A DNA stretch of 64,000 bases from positions 96,384 to 160,383 of the forward strand of contig JBAQCL010000074.1 in the NCBI GenBank assembly GCA_049294175.1, written 5' to 3'. The position numbers and the translations under genes are program-made. Position 1 is the stretch's first letter, and each line of letters starts with the position of its first letter. Origin of the DNA: Ignavibacteriaceae bacterium. GTDB lineage: Bacteria; Bacteroidota; Ignavibacteria; Ignavibacteriales; Ignavibacteriaceae. Below the pieces are notes generated by a model that ran no database searches, was not told where the DNA came from, and saw only the letters and a program-made list of their open reading frames with translations. This document shows, in pieces, positions 20,417-30,487 of this stretch.

Positions 20417-22510
20417 ATGAATAAATTTTTTTTAATTTTTTTAATAATATTAATTACATTAACATTTTTGGGTAGCACTTTGTATATATCAGATGAATCC
20501 AAAACAACAATAGCAAAACAAAAATCAGAATTTTTGACAAAGCAAAATGAACTTGATAAATATTATTCAGATAAAAAACTTGGCGCTTTTGTTGAAAACG
20601 GTAAAACATATTTCAGATTGTTTACACCAAACGCTGAAAAAGTTTCTTTAGAAATTTTTAATAATCCTAAAGATAATGAAGGCACTGAATACCAAATGAA
20701 GCGTGATGAAAATGCTGTCTGGGAAGCAGTTGTTGACGGAGAACTTTACGGTAAGTTTTATGGATTTAATGTAAAACATAAAAACCAGGAACCCGTTCTT
20801 TGCCTTGATCCTTACGCTAAAGCTGTTGCAAGCTTTAATAATTATTTTACTCCGCGCCGGGGCATTATAATTAAGGATAACAATTATAATTGGCAAAATG
20901 ATAATTGGATTCAGAGAAGCTGGAGTGATTTAATTATTTATGAAATGCATGTTCGTGATATGACAGAACATCCTTCTTCCGGCGTAAAAGAAAGAGGAAC
21001 TTATAAAGGATTGGTTGAAAAAGGCAAAACAGGCGGAATTGATTACATTAAAAATTTAGGTGTTAACACAGTTGAACTTTTACCTTCGCAGGAATTTGCA
21101 AACATTGAAATTCCATACAAACAATCTTTCAGGGGAAAATTTAATACATGGAATCCTTACGAAAGAAATCATTGGGGATATATGACTGCGGCTTACTTTG
21201 CACCGGAAACTTATTACTCAGAAAATGTAAGAGAAATAAAACCAAACTCCTGGAGCGGTGTTGACGCAAAAGCTGTAACTGATTTTAAAGATATGGTTAA
21301 AGCTTTTCACAAAGAAAATATTGCAGTTATTATGGATGTTGTATATAATCATCTTTCGGAATATGAATTTGGAAATTTAAAGGAGATTGATAAAGAATAT
21401 TATTTCAGGTTAAATCCTGATAGTAGTTTTTGTGCGGTTAGCGGATGTGGTAATGATCTTAAAACCGAAAGACTAATGGTGCGCAGATTAATTGTTGAAA
21501 GCATTCTTTACTGGATGAAAGAATATCATGTTGATGGCTTTCGCTTTGATCTTGGGAAATTAATTGATTGGCAAACAATTGAAACAATAATTTATGAAGC
21601 TAAAAAAATAAATCCCGATGTAGTTTTTGTGTGCGAACCATGGGGCGGCGGATACGATCCTGCGGGATTTTCTTTACGTGGCTGGGGTGCCTGGAATGAT
21701 CAGATAAGAAATGGAATTAAAGGTGAAAATCCTGTAAATGGGCTTGGCTGGATTTTTGGGAAATGGTACGGAAATAATTCACCAATGAGAATTAAAAGTT
21801 ATGTTAATGGGACTCTTACCAAAGATTCACTTGGTATATTTCAGAAACCGGGACACTCTGTAAATTATCTTGAATCTCACGATGGATATACTTTGGGCGA
21901 TTTTATCAGAATTGGCTTGGGAGACGTAAAACCAAATGAGATTATTAAAAATGTTGATAAAAATGCAAAGCTTACGCCAACTCAATTAAAACTTAATAAA
22001 CTTGGTGCTTTGTTTCTTTTTACTTCACGCGGAATAGTTATGATCCAAAGCGGGCAGGAGTTTGCACGAAGCAAAGTTATTCCATTAAATGTTAAAGCGG
22101 ATGACCCGCAAAAAGGAATGATAGATCATAATACTTATGATAAGGATAATGAAACAAATTACATTAACTATAAATATGCAAAAGCCAATAAAGATCTTTT
22201 AGATTATTACAGCGGATTGATTGATTTAAGGAAAAAGTATGAATCATTCCGTAGAGCGAATTATGATGAAGTGAAATTTATTGATGTTCATGATAATGAT
22301 TTTGCACTTGGCTATGAAGTAAAACATAAAGATGAAAATTTTATTGTGCTGCTTAATGCTAATTCACAAAAGTCTGTTGTATATGATTTACCGGAAGGGA
22401 AGTGGGATGTTTTGGTTAATCCTGAAAAAGCAGGAATTAAATCTCTTGGTCAAGTAGATAGCAAAATTACAATCGAACCATCAAGCGGTTACGTGTTGAT
22501 GAAAAAATAA
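20417..22510 (+). CDS. pulA: type I pullulanase / alpha-1,6-debranching GH13 enzyme
   Basis: N-terminal signal/anchor and a CBM48-like segment. GH13 conserved regions are present: DVVYNH, GFRFDL, EPWG, YLESHD. Confidence 0.8.
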   Translation: MNKFFLIFLIILITLTFLGSTLYISDESKTTIAKQKSEFLTKQNELDKYYSDKKLGAFVENGKTYFRLFTPNAEKVSLEIFNNPKDNEGTEYQMKRDENAVWEAVVDGELYGKFYGFNVKHKNQEPVLCLDPYAKAVASFNNYFTPRRGIIIKDNNYNWQNDNWIQRSWSDLIIYEMHVRDMTEHPSSGVKERGTYKGLVEKGKTGGIDYIKNLGVNTVELLPSQEFANIEIPYKQSFRGKFNTWNPYERNHWGYMTAAYFAPETYYSENVREIKPNSWSGVDAKAVTDFKDMVKAFHKENIAVIMDVVYNHLSEYEFGNLKEIDKEYYFRLNPDSSFCAVSGCGNDLKTERLMVRRLIVESILYWMKEYHVDGFRFDLGKLIDWQTIETIIYEAKKINPDVVFVCEPWGGGYDPAGFSLRGWGAWNDQIRNGIKGENPVNGLGWIFGKWYGNNSPMRIKSYVNGTLTKDSLGIFQKPGHSVNYLESHDGYTLGDFIRIGLGDVKPNEIIKNVDKNAKLTPTQLKLNKLGALFLFTSRGIVMIQSGQEFARSKVIPLNVKADDPQKGMIDHNTYDKDNETNYINYKYAKANKDLLDYYSGLIDLRKKYESFRRANYDEVKFIDVHDNDFALGYEVKHKDENFIVLLNANSQKSVVYDLPEGKWDVLVNPEKAGIKSLGQVDSKITIEPSSGYVLMKK

Positions 22511-22578
22511 AATAGTGTTACGTTTATTATGAACTTTATGAACTTTAACAATTCAATATTTTTAGGTCTATAACTTTT

Positions 22579-23481
22579 ATGAATATAAATGAAAAAAAGA
22601 AGTTTAAAAACAGATTCAAAGCAGAACTTGATTCTTTTGCTAAGGAACTAAAAGATTATGTATCTACTGAGAATGGTGATTGGACGGTAAAAGGGTTTAT
22701 AGACGTTTATAAAAATATTTACACAATATCATCAGACACTAAAATTATATCTAAGATTTTAGAAATTCATATTTTCCCTAAAATTTTAGAATTTGCAGAA
22801 AAAAACAATTACAAATTAATATTAGCAGAACAACAAAATTGGTATCCGGATTTAACTTTCATTTCAAAAGAAGATGGATTAATGAAATTTGCTGTAGATA
22901 TTAAAACTGCATTCAAACGAAACAACAATACTGCTGGTTTTACTTTGGGAAGTCACGGCAATTATTTTAAAGAAAGAGATAAATCAAAAAATATTCAATT
23001 CCCATATTCCGAGTATTTGGGACACTATTGTCTTGGAATCATTTATAGTAGAGTTGATTTTACTGATGATTTAGAGGATACTAAAGTATTCAAAGTTAAA
23101 GAATTAAGTGAAGGATATTCAAAAAAGGATATGAAAATAGGTCCCAGAGCAGTAACAAATGTTGACAGTTTAATTTCTATTACTTCTATAATAAAGGATT
23201 TTGATTTCTTTGCCGCAGAAAAATGGAAAATTGCGAGTGATAAACAAGGTTCAGGTAATACTGCGAATATTGGTTCAGTAACAAATATTGATGATTTGAA
23301 AAATGAGAATGGTATTTTTAGTAACTTGGGAGAGGAATGGTTTGATGAATATTGGATTAATTATGGTTCGGTAACTTTTATTAAAAATAAAAAAGTTGAA
23401 AAGATAAGATCATTAGAAGACTTTCTTATCTTTAAAGGTAAAAAAGAATTACTGTCTAAAATTAAATCTAAGAATAAGTGA
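22579..23481 (+). CDS. type II restriction endonuclease, EcoRV family
   Basis: Matches my recollection of R.EcoRV. SDTKIISKILEI aligns with GSDTKVLSTIFEL. YPDLTF ... VDIKT reproduces the D74/D90/K92 spacing (16 residues between the two Asp). GSGNTANIGS aligns with the EcoRV recognition loop GSGNTTNIGS. GIFSNLGEEWFDEYWINY aligns with GIFDSEDEFLDYWRNY. Confidence 0.85.
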   Translation: MNINEKKKFKNRFKAELDSFAKELKDYVSTENGDWTVKGFIDVYKNIYTISSDTKIISKILEIHIFPKILEFAEKNNYKLILAEQQNWYPDLTFISKEDGLMKFAVDIKTAFKRNNNTAGFTLGSHGNYFKERDKSKNIQFPYSEYLGHYCLGIIYSRVDFTDDLEDTKVFKVKELSEGYSKKDMKIGPRAVTNVDSLISITSIIKDFDFFAAEKWKIASDKQGSGNTANIGSVTNIDDLKNENGIFSNLGEEWFDEYWINYGSVTFIKNKKVEKIRSLEDFLIFKGKKELLSKIKSKNK

Positions 23482-23489
23482 TAAAATTT

Positions 23490-24407
23490 ATGAAAGTGAT
23501 AGTTCCCCCAATAAAAAGTCAAGGTATAAAAACAAAATTAGTCCCATGGATTAAAGAAATTATACCTGTTTCTTCCGGGATATGGATTGAGCCTTTTCTG
23601 GGAACTGGTGTTGTTGCTTTCAATTCCGGATTTAAAAGAGCAATTCTTAATGACACCAATCCGCATCTTATTAAATTTTATAGGGGCGTACAAAATAAAA
23701 CAATAACTCCAAGCATTGTTAGACAATATCTTGAACATGAGGGTAAGATATTAAGGGAAGCTGATGAAAATGGTTATTCTCATTTTAGGTTAGTTAGAGA
23801 CAGATTTAATAAAAGCTTTGCTTCGTTAGATTTTTTATTTCTTTCCCGCGCTGGTTTTAATGGTATGATGAGATTTGGAGGTAAGGGAAATTGGAACATC
23901 CCATTTTGTAAAAAGCCGAACCGTTTTTCACAGTCATATATTACAAAAATAGTAAATCAAGTTGAATTAGTTTCAAAAATCATTCAACCAGAGCATAGTT
24001 GGTTATTTGTAAACAAGTCATTTACAGAAGTAATACCACTAGCAAATGCTGATGATATTATTTATTGTGACCCGCCTTATTTTGGAAGATATGTCGATTA
24101 TTATAATGGATGGTCAGAAAAAGATGAAGAAAGATTATTTGAACTCTTAAATGAAACTAAAGCAAAATTTATTCTTTCTACTTGGCATCATAATGATTTT
24201 AGAGAAAATGAAATGGTAAAAAAATATTGGGATAAGTTTAACATTGTTACTCAAGATCACTTTTACCATAGTGGTGGAAAAATTGAGAATAGAAGAACAA
24301 TTGTAGAAGCACTTGTTTGCAACTTTGAGATGAGCCATATTGATAAGCATAATCATAGTATTAAAGCAAAAAAGAAAAGTGAACAATTTGCTCTTCAGTG
24401 GCTATAA
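23490..24407 (+). CDS. Dam/M.EcoRV-family N6-adenine DNA methyltransferase
   Basis: PPIKSQGIKTKLVPWI N-terminus, an FxGxG-type SAM motif (FLGTGVVAF) and the catalytic CDPPYF motif, i.e. alpha-class motif order. An alternative GTG start at 23478 overlaps the R-gene stop. Confidence 0.9.
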   Translation: MKVIVPPIKSQGIKTKLVPWIKEIIPVSSGIWIEPFLGTGVVAFNSGFKRAILNDTNPHLIKFYRGVQNKTITPSIVRQYLEHEGKILREADENGYSHFRLVRDRFNKSFASLDFLFLSRAGFNGMMRFGGKGNWNIPFCKKPNRFSQSYITKIVNQVELVSKIIQPEHSWLFVNKSFTEVIPLANADDIIYCDPPYFGRYVDYYNGWSEKDEERLFELLNETKAKFILSTWHHNDFRENEMVKKYWDKFNIVTQDHFYHSGGKIENRRTIVEALVCNFEMSHIDKHNHSIKAKKKSEQFALQWL

Positions 24408-24436
24408 TTTTTTATTAAATAAATAAAGAGTTACTT

Positions 24437-27400
24437 TTAATTTCCACTCAATCCCTTTTGTAATGATTTTTCAACTGCTTGTTTGAAACTGCTAAGATTA
24501 ACAGGTTTCTGAAATACAAATTCAATTCCAAGTTCGTTGTAATCGTTAACAGTTGCACGATCAATATCGCTGCTTAAAACAATTACAGGCGGCTTTCCTT
24601 TTATATCCAGCTTTTTTAATTCCATTACAAATTCATACCCGTTCATTACCGGCATAGCATGATCGGTAATAACTAACGCCGGTGGTGAAAGCAATATTTT
24701 TTCAATTGCTTCTTTTCCATCCGATGCAACTTCTACATTATAATCAGGAGTAATGTTTTTAAGAATTTTTGAATAAAGCAATCTATCGGTTTTGCTGTCA
24801 TCCACAATTAAAATATTTGATGATGCAATTGGAAGATTAAAATTAAATTCTGAACCAACGCCGTATTTACTTTCCACGCTTATTGAACCGCCATGTTTTT
24901 CAATAATCTCTTTTACAAGCGAAAGACCTAATCCGCTGCCTTTTTCGCCGGCAGTACCTTCGGAAGTAAATTTAGAATCAACATTAAAAAGTTTTGGAAG
25001 ATCCTCTTCTTTTATTCCAATGCCGGTATCTTTTATACTAAACTGAATAAACCGTGAGCTACTTGCAGGCTTAACAGAAACAGTGATTTTACCGCCTCTA
25101 TTTGTGAATTTAATAGAGTTTGAAATTAAGTTATTGAAAACCTGCGTTATCAAATTCTTATCCACAAAAAGATAAAGAGATTGGTTTAACATTGAATCGA
25201 GCTCAATACCTTTTTGTATCGCTGTGCCTGAAAGTGCATTGATTGAATCAATAATGATTTTACTAACATCAACTTTCTGAGGTTCAAACTTTATTCTGCC
25301 GGTTTGCAGTCTTGTCCAATCTAAAAGCGAATTTACCAGAGCGAGCATAGAGCGTGATGATTCCTGGATATATTTTACGTACTGTTTTCTCTCTTCTTCA
25401 GTAAGTTCATCATCATTAACAAGCAAATCGGTGAAACCAAGGATCGAACTAAACGGCGTACGAAGATCATGTGAAATAATGGAAATAAAACGATCCTTGG
25501 TTTCGTTAAGCTTAATTAAATTTTGTGTTGATTTCTTTAATTCTTCTTCGGCTCTTTTTCTAAAAGTAACATCGCTAACCAAACCAAATATTTTTTGGAT
25601 TCTGCCTGTACCGGATCTTACAAGATTTATTTTTGTTCTAGCCCAAACAATGTTACCCTGCTTGTTAATTATTCTAAATTCAAACTCGCTTGAAAGTTGA
25701 ATACGGCTTTTAAGTAAATTTATAAGTTTTGGCTTTACTGTCTTTAAATCATCAGGATGGATAACTTTTAAAAATAATTTTGAGTCTGTAAGAAAATCAG
25801 ATTGTGTATATCCTGTTACTTTTTGAATTGAAGAGGTAGAAAATATCGGGCGTAAGACTAGACCGATTCTCTCAAAGGTAAATAAGAAGTCGTCTATATT
25901 TTCTGTTATGTTGCGATATTTTTCTTCTGATTCCCTGATTGCCCGTTGCGATCTTATTCTTTCTGTAACATCACGTGCAATCATTATAATATAATTTTTA
26001 TTATTTGCTTCAAATGTACCGATAGATAATTCAGTGTGAATGTTTGAACCGTCTTTTTTCTTTCCAAGAAAATCAAATCTTACCTGTGCGCCTTTTTTTC
26101 TTTCAAAAGGACGAAGATATTCGGCTACTTTCAGAATGTCATCATTAGAAGCTAAATCAATAATTTCTTTATTGATTAACTCATCAATTTCACTATATCC
26201 AAATATTTTTGCAAAAGATTTATTTGCAATGATAATTCTTCCTTCACAAGCCAATGCAATTCCATCGTATGCAGAATCTACAAGTGATTGATAAAGGCTT
26301 GAGGTATGTTCTTCGTATTGTTGTTCTTTTATTTCTTCAAAGAAACAATTAAAACTTTGGATTTTATTTTCTTTATCTCTTGTAAAATAAAAAGCGGTAT
26401 GTACTGATAGTATATTATCTTGTTTTGTCCTTAGTGGCAGATCGATAAGTTTTGGTTCATCGCCGACAAAATTCTTTAAATCTAAAATATTGTGTTCAAG
26501 GTAAAGCGGATCAATTAATTCATATAGACTTTTTGAAATCAATTCATCTTCAGAATATCCTACCGCTTGCTGAAACGATTGATTAGTAAATATTATTTGT
26601 CCATGCTGATCTATATTACAAACCATCGATGGCGCTTTAGCCAAAATTTGTCTAAGACTTTTTAAAGATAATTTTAACTCTTCTTCAAAATGAATTTTAT
26701 CTGTAATGTCAACACTTTTTACAATTAACTTTTCTTTTTTCTCATCAATAAAAGTAAAGTAAGTTTCGTAAGTTTTCTTTTCGCGGTTCTTATCAAAATA
26801 TGTAAGAATGATTCTATGGATTTCTTTATCGGAAAGTTTTGCACGAACAGAATCTAAAAAAACATCTGATAAAATGCTTACCGCATCACCGGCTTTGCTG
26901 CCTAAAGCCCGGTCTTTATTTGTTTCATAAAGTTTTTCTGCAATATCATCCCAGTATTCAATTTTATTTTCTAAGTTAATTACAAATAAAGCATTGTTGG
27001 ATTTTGCCGTGATGGTTTGATAATAACTTTGCTGGTTTAAGTTGTTGTAAAGAGTGTCAATCTCTCTTTCTATTGCCGTTACATCTTTAAAAAACAAATA
27101 AACAAAGCTTAAATCTTTTCTGTAATTTTCCTGGGGAACAAATCTGCATTCAAATATTTTTTTATTCCCTCTGGATTCATAAATAATTTTTTCGGTTACA
27201 GCTATACGGTTTTGTTTTACGTAATCAATATGATCTTTAATTATTTTTGAAGTTTCCGAATCGAATAGACTGCCAACGCTTACGTTTTGAATTAGTTCTA
27301 TCGGAACGTTTAAATAATTAAGAATATCTTTTGAAAAAAACTGGATTCTCTCAAACCGATCAATAACAAGAAAAAAATCAGAAACATTATTAATCGCATT

Positions 27401-27808
27401 TTCCATAAAATCATTTCTAAGCGCAAATTCTTTCTGAGATTTGGTTAGAATTTTTATATCTTCAATTATCAATATTCCGCCGGTTATAGTTTCTCCCTCA
27501 TAAATCGGAGAAGATTTTACGATCAGGTGAGCTAATCCTTTTGACTTTGTCTCAACAAAATCTAATTCTTTCTCAAACGAAAAACCTTTTAGGACATCAT
27601 TAATTTCATTCTGTATAGATAGGTTTGGGAAAGTATCTGCTGAATTAATATTTGAGCCCACAAGATTTGTAGAAGTTTCAAATCCATAAAGTATTTCGAG
27701 ATCATTAAATGTTTTATTTATGTACTCAATCCCGCCTTCCTTATTAAATGTAAGGATGGCAACCGGAGCATAATCAACAAGATTGATTGTTTTGTTTTCC
27801 AATACCAT
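24437..27808 (-). CDS. multi-PAS hybrid sensor histidine kinase / response regulator
   Basis: 1123 aa with several PAS-like units, an H-box (ISHDLRTPFSS), N/G boxes (NLISNSIKFT, DTGIGI, GSGLGLS), and a C-terminal receiver (ILIVDDS...VITDHAMP...). Confidence 0.88.
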   Translation of the reverse strand: MVLENKTINLVDYAPVAILTFNKEGGIEYINKTFNDLEILYGFETSTNLVGSNINSADTFPNLSIQNEINDVLKGFSFEKELDFVETKSKGLAHLIVKSSPIYEGETITGGILIIEDIKILTKSQKEFALRNDFMENAINNVSDFFLVIDRFERIQFFSKDILNYLNVPIELIQNVSVGSLFDSETSKIIKDHIDYVKQNRIAVTEKIIYESRGNKKIFECRFVPQENYRKDLSFVYLFFKDVTAIEREIDTLYNNLNQQSYYQTITAKSNNALFVINLENKIEYWDDIAEKLYETNKDRALGSKAGDAVSILSDVFLDSVRAKLSDKEIHRIILTYFDKNREKKTYETYFTFIDEKKEKLIVKSVDITDKIHFEEELKLSLKSLRQILAKAPSMVCNIDQHGQIIFTNQSFQQAVGYSEDELISKSLYELIDPLYLEHNILDLKNFVGDEPKLIDLPLRTKQDNILSVHTAFYFTRDKENKIQSFNCFFEEIKEQQYEEHTSSLYQSLVDSAYDGIALACEGRIIIANKSFAKIFGYSEIDELINKEIIDLASNDDILKVAEYLRPFERKKGAQVRFDFLGKKKDGSNIHTELSIGTFEANNKNYIIMIARDVTERIRSQRAIRESEEKYRNITENIDDFLFTFERIGLVLRPIFSTSSIQKVTGYTQSDFLTDSKLFLKVIHPDDLKTVKPKLINLLKSRIQLSSEFEFRIINKQGNIVWARTKINLVRSGTGRIQKIFGLVSDVTFRKRAEEELKKSTQNLIKLNETKDRFISIISHDLRTPFSSILGFTDLLVNDDELTEEERKQYVKYIQESSRSMLALVNSLLDWTRLQTGRIKFEPQKVDVSKIIIDSINALSGTAIQKGIELDSMLNQSLYLFVDKNLITQVFNNLISNSIKFTNRGGKITVSVKPASSSRFIQFSIKDTGIGIKEEDLPKLFNVDSKFTSEGTAGEKGSGLGLSLVKEIIEKHGGSISVESKYGVGSEFNFNLPIASSNILIVDDSKTDRLLYSKILKNITPDYNVEVASDGKEAIEKILLSPPALVITDHAMPVMNGYEFVMELKKLDIKGKPPVIVLSSDIDRATVNDYNELGIEFVFQKPVNLSSFKQAVEKSLQKGLSGN

Positions 27809-28138
27809 TTTCTCTGATTTATTCTGTTAAATTCTTAAAAAACAAAATCCGCTATTTTGATTAAAACTCATATATCAAAATTAATGAATAGAATTTCGCC
27901 ACAAAGTACCAATAACTAATGTGCCATCATTTGTTAATTATTGTTTCAAAAAACGATATTTATCTGCCATTCCGAAACTTAAATAATTTAGTTTATGTCT
28001 CGTTTTGAATTTCTGTATTGTAATAAATAAAAATTAAATATAACAGATATAAAAGTAATAGAAATTTCAGAACCTCTTTTTAGCCGACAATTGAATCAAA
28101 ATTGTTTAAGTTTGTAATACGAAATTTGGAAAAGAGAA

Positions 28139-28912
28139 TTGATAGCTTTAATCTTTCAAAAACTTGGTAAAAAAACTTTAAACTTTCTGCAGGAATTTGG
28201 GCAAATAGCTAATCTTTTTTTTGGCATCGTTAAAAGTTTTCCGCAGATAATAAAAAGCAAAAAAATTATTCTTTTCCAGATGGAACATATCGGAGTTAAT
28301 TCTTTACCACTCGTTATTATTATTGCAATTTTTACGGGAGCAGTTACCGCATGGCAAGCTGCTTATCAATTGAAAGGAGTTGCTCCATTATCTTTTTTAG
28401 GCGGCGCTGCAACCAGAGCAATTATTACTGAACTTGGACCTGTATTAACCGGAATTGTAATTGCCGGCAGAGTCGGCGCTTCAATTGCCGCTGAACTTGG
28501 AACAATGAAAGTTACAGAACAAATTGATGCTCTTGAAACAATGGCAATAAGTCCCGTTAGATATTTAGCAATGCCAAGATTTTTAGCTTCAGTAATTATG
28601 TTACCAATCCTTGTGATATTTGCAAATTTTATTGCAATAGTGGGAGCTTACTTGGTTTCTAATTACTTCCTTGGGGTTTCGTATGCTATTTTTTTTAATT
28701 CTGTCAAACAATTTTTTTCAATGTCTGATTTAATTGCAGGTTTAATTAAAACTGTATTTTTTGGCGGAGTTACCAGCTTGTTAGGCTGCCATATTGGTTT
28801 TAAAACCGAAGGTGGTGCAGAAGGTGTTGGTCTTGCTACTATCAGATCATTTGTTATTTCGGCAGCTTTAATTTTAATTTTAGATTATATTCTCTGGATG
28901 TTGATTTTCTAA
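28139..28912 (+). CDS. mlaE: MlaE-family ABC transporter permease
   Basis: 257 aa with a TTG start. ELGPVLTGIVIAGRVGASIAAELGTMKVTEQIDALETM is the hallmark MlaE/Ttg2B segment. Confidence 0.8.
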   Translation: MIALIFQKLGKKTLNFLQEFGQIANLFFGIVKSFPQIIKSKKIILFQMEHIGVNSLPLVIIIAIFTGAVTAWQAAYQLKGVAPLSFLGGAATRAIITELGPVLTGIVIAGRVGASIAAELGTMKVTEQIDALETMAISPVRYLAMPRFLASVIMLPILVIFANFIAIVGAYLVSNYFLGVSYAIFFNSVKQFFSMSDLIAGLIKTVFFGGVTSLLGCHIGFKTEGGAEGVGLATIRSFVISAALILILDYILWMLIF

Positions 28913-29027
28913 TGTACCAAAGGTTTATAATTATCAACTAACAATTGTATCTTAATAAATAAAAATTATATTAGATGTTAAATATTAAAAAATCAGAAAA
29001 CCCTTCAATCTGATGGAAGGAAATATT

Positions 29028-30116
29028 ATGGAACAAATTAAATATCAAATTAAAGAAAGAACCGGTAAAGTTGTTCTTCCCGAAAAATTAGGGTTTGGAC
29101 AATATTTTACCGATCACGTTTTTGAGATGGATTATAATAATATAAAAGGATGGTACAACCCGGTAATAAGACCACTTGATTCTCTTCAAATGCATCCTGC
29201 AACTTCTTTTATCCATTATGGACAAACAATATTTGAAGGATTAAAAGCATTTAAAAATATTCAGGGAGAAGTTGTTCTATTCCGTCCCGAAGTTCATCTG
29301 CAAAGACTTAATAACTCCGCAAAAAGAATTTGTATGCCCGAAGTTGATATTGACTTTGTACTGGGTGCTCTTAAAGAACTTGTGGCTATTGATGGTGATT
29401 GGATTCCGACAAAGAAGGGTGAAGCACTTTACATCAGACCGTTTATGTACGGCACTGATCCGGCTTTGGGAGTAAGACCATCCAATGAGTATAAATTTGT
29501 TATTTTACTTTCACCCGTTGGCGCATATTATCCCGAAGGATTTAAACCGGTAAAAATATTAATTCAGGATGATTATGTGCGCGCGGTAAGAAAAGGTTTG
29601 GGCGAATGTAAAACTGCGGCAAATTATGCGGCAAGTTTGTTGGCAGCAAGAGAAGCTGCGGAAAAAGGTTTTACCCAGGTTTTATGGTTGGATGGAGTTG
29701 AACAAAAGTATATAGAAGAAGTAGGAACCATGAACATTTTTGTCAACTTCAAAAATGAAATTGCAACGCCCGCACTAAACGGTTCAATTTTACCCGGCGT
29801 TACAAGAAGATCGGTTATACAGATTCTTAAAGAATGGGGAATGAATGTTGTTGAAAGAGCCATTTCTGTTGATGAGATTATCTCCTCTTATGAAAAAGGT
29901 AATCTTCTTGGATTATTTGGAACGGGAACAGCCGCAATAATTTCATCTGTCGGTTCGCTTACTTATAAAGATAAAAATATGCTTTTCAATAACGGACAAC
30001 CCGGGGAACTTGATCTTAAATTGTTTAATGAATTGGTTTCAATCCAATATGGCGAAAAAGAAGATAAAAATGGATGGATTGTAAAAGTTGAAAACAAAGG
30101 TGTTGAAGTAAGTTAA
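29028..30116 (+). CDS. ilvE: branched-chain amino acid aminotransferase
   Basis: Class IV aminotransferase with the YIRPF...GECKTAANYAASL PLP-lysine region. The ATG at 29028 is preceded by GGAAGGA. An alternative ATG lies at 29013. Confidence 0.9.
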   Translation: MEQIKYQIKERTGKVVLPEKLGFGQYFTDHVFEMDYNNIKGWYNPVIRPLDSLQMHPATSFIHYGQTIFEGLKAFKNIQGEVVLFRPEVHLQRLNNSAKRICMPEVDIDFVLGALKELVAIDGDWIPTKKGEALYIRPFMYGTDPALGVRPSNEYKFVILLSPVGAYYPEGFKPVKILIQDDYVRAVRKGLGECKTAANYAASLLAAREAAEKGFTQVLWLDGVEQKYIEEVGTMNIFVNFKNEIATPALNGSILPGVTRRSVIQILKEWGMNVVERAISVDEIISSYEKGNLLGLFGTGTAAIISSVGSLTYKDKNMLFNNGQPGELDLKLFNELVSIQYGEKEDKNGWIVKVENKGVEVS

Positions 30117-30141
30117 AACAATTCATTTAATTTGAATAAAG

Positions 30142-30180
30142 CAGGCATCGGATAATAAATCTGATGCCTGTTTTGTTTTT
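30142..30180 (+). terminator. intrinsic terminator after ilvE
   Basis: CAGGCATC (30142-30149) pairs with GATGCCTG (30163-30170), followed by TTTTGTTTTT. Confidence 0.7.
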
Positions 30181-30454
30181 AATAAGTTAAGTCAACAAAA
30201 TATAATTTGCCGATTGTTAATTGAACATTCTAAAAATTTATTTTAAGTTAAACTCGAATTTGTAATTACAATAGTAACTCTATAAATACTTACTTCTTTA
30301 ACTTCACATTCAGCGGGGGCTGATTTTATGGTTAGGTACTGGATTTTTTCTAATTTTTTTAAAGTATTTGTCTACTATAAAGTAAAATGTAAATCATTAT
30401 TATTCGGGAATTACAATGAAATTTATAAAATGTTAAAAAAATAATCCTTGTCTA

Positions 30455-30483
30455 TTGACAAGTGAACATTTGCGCACTATATT
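30455..30483 (+). promoter_or_regulatory. consensus sigma-70 promoter of lexA
   Basis: TTGACA (30455-30460), exactly 17 nt of spacer, TATATT (30478-30483), 30 nt upstream of the lexA ATG. Confidence 0.6.
30462..30479 (+). promoter_or_regulatory. candidate LexA operator 1 (inside the promoter spacer)
   Basis: GTGAACATTTGCGCACTA. It has 14/18 identity to a second copy 26 nt downstream, an outer GTG...CAC dyad, and a GAAC left half like the Cheo box. Confidence 0.4.
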
Positions 30484-30487
30484 TGTG

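Noticed and set aside
22528-22545. Tandem 9-mer TATGAACTT x2 upstream of the restriction endonuclease gene. Considered as a C-box-like operator or a target-site duplication.
   Set aside because: No controller protein gene is present, there is no matching copy at the other end of the R-M pair (24408-24436), and the sequence is short and AT-rich, so chance is plausible.
30328-30444. 38-codon ORF (MVRYWIFSNFFKVFVYYKVKCKSLLFGNYNEIYKMLKK) with a GGGGG stretch 8 nt upstream, ending just before the lexA promoter. Considered as a TisB-like SOS-linked small toxin.
   Set aside because: No homology is recognisable and there is no clear promoter. An ORF of this length can arise by chance among six frames of several intergenic regions. 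It is worth a look only if conservation or ribosome-profiling data support it.
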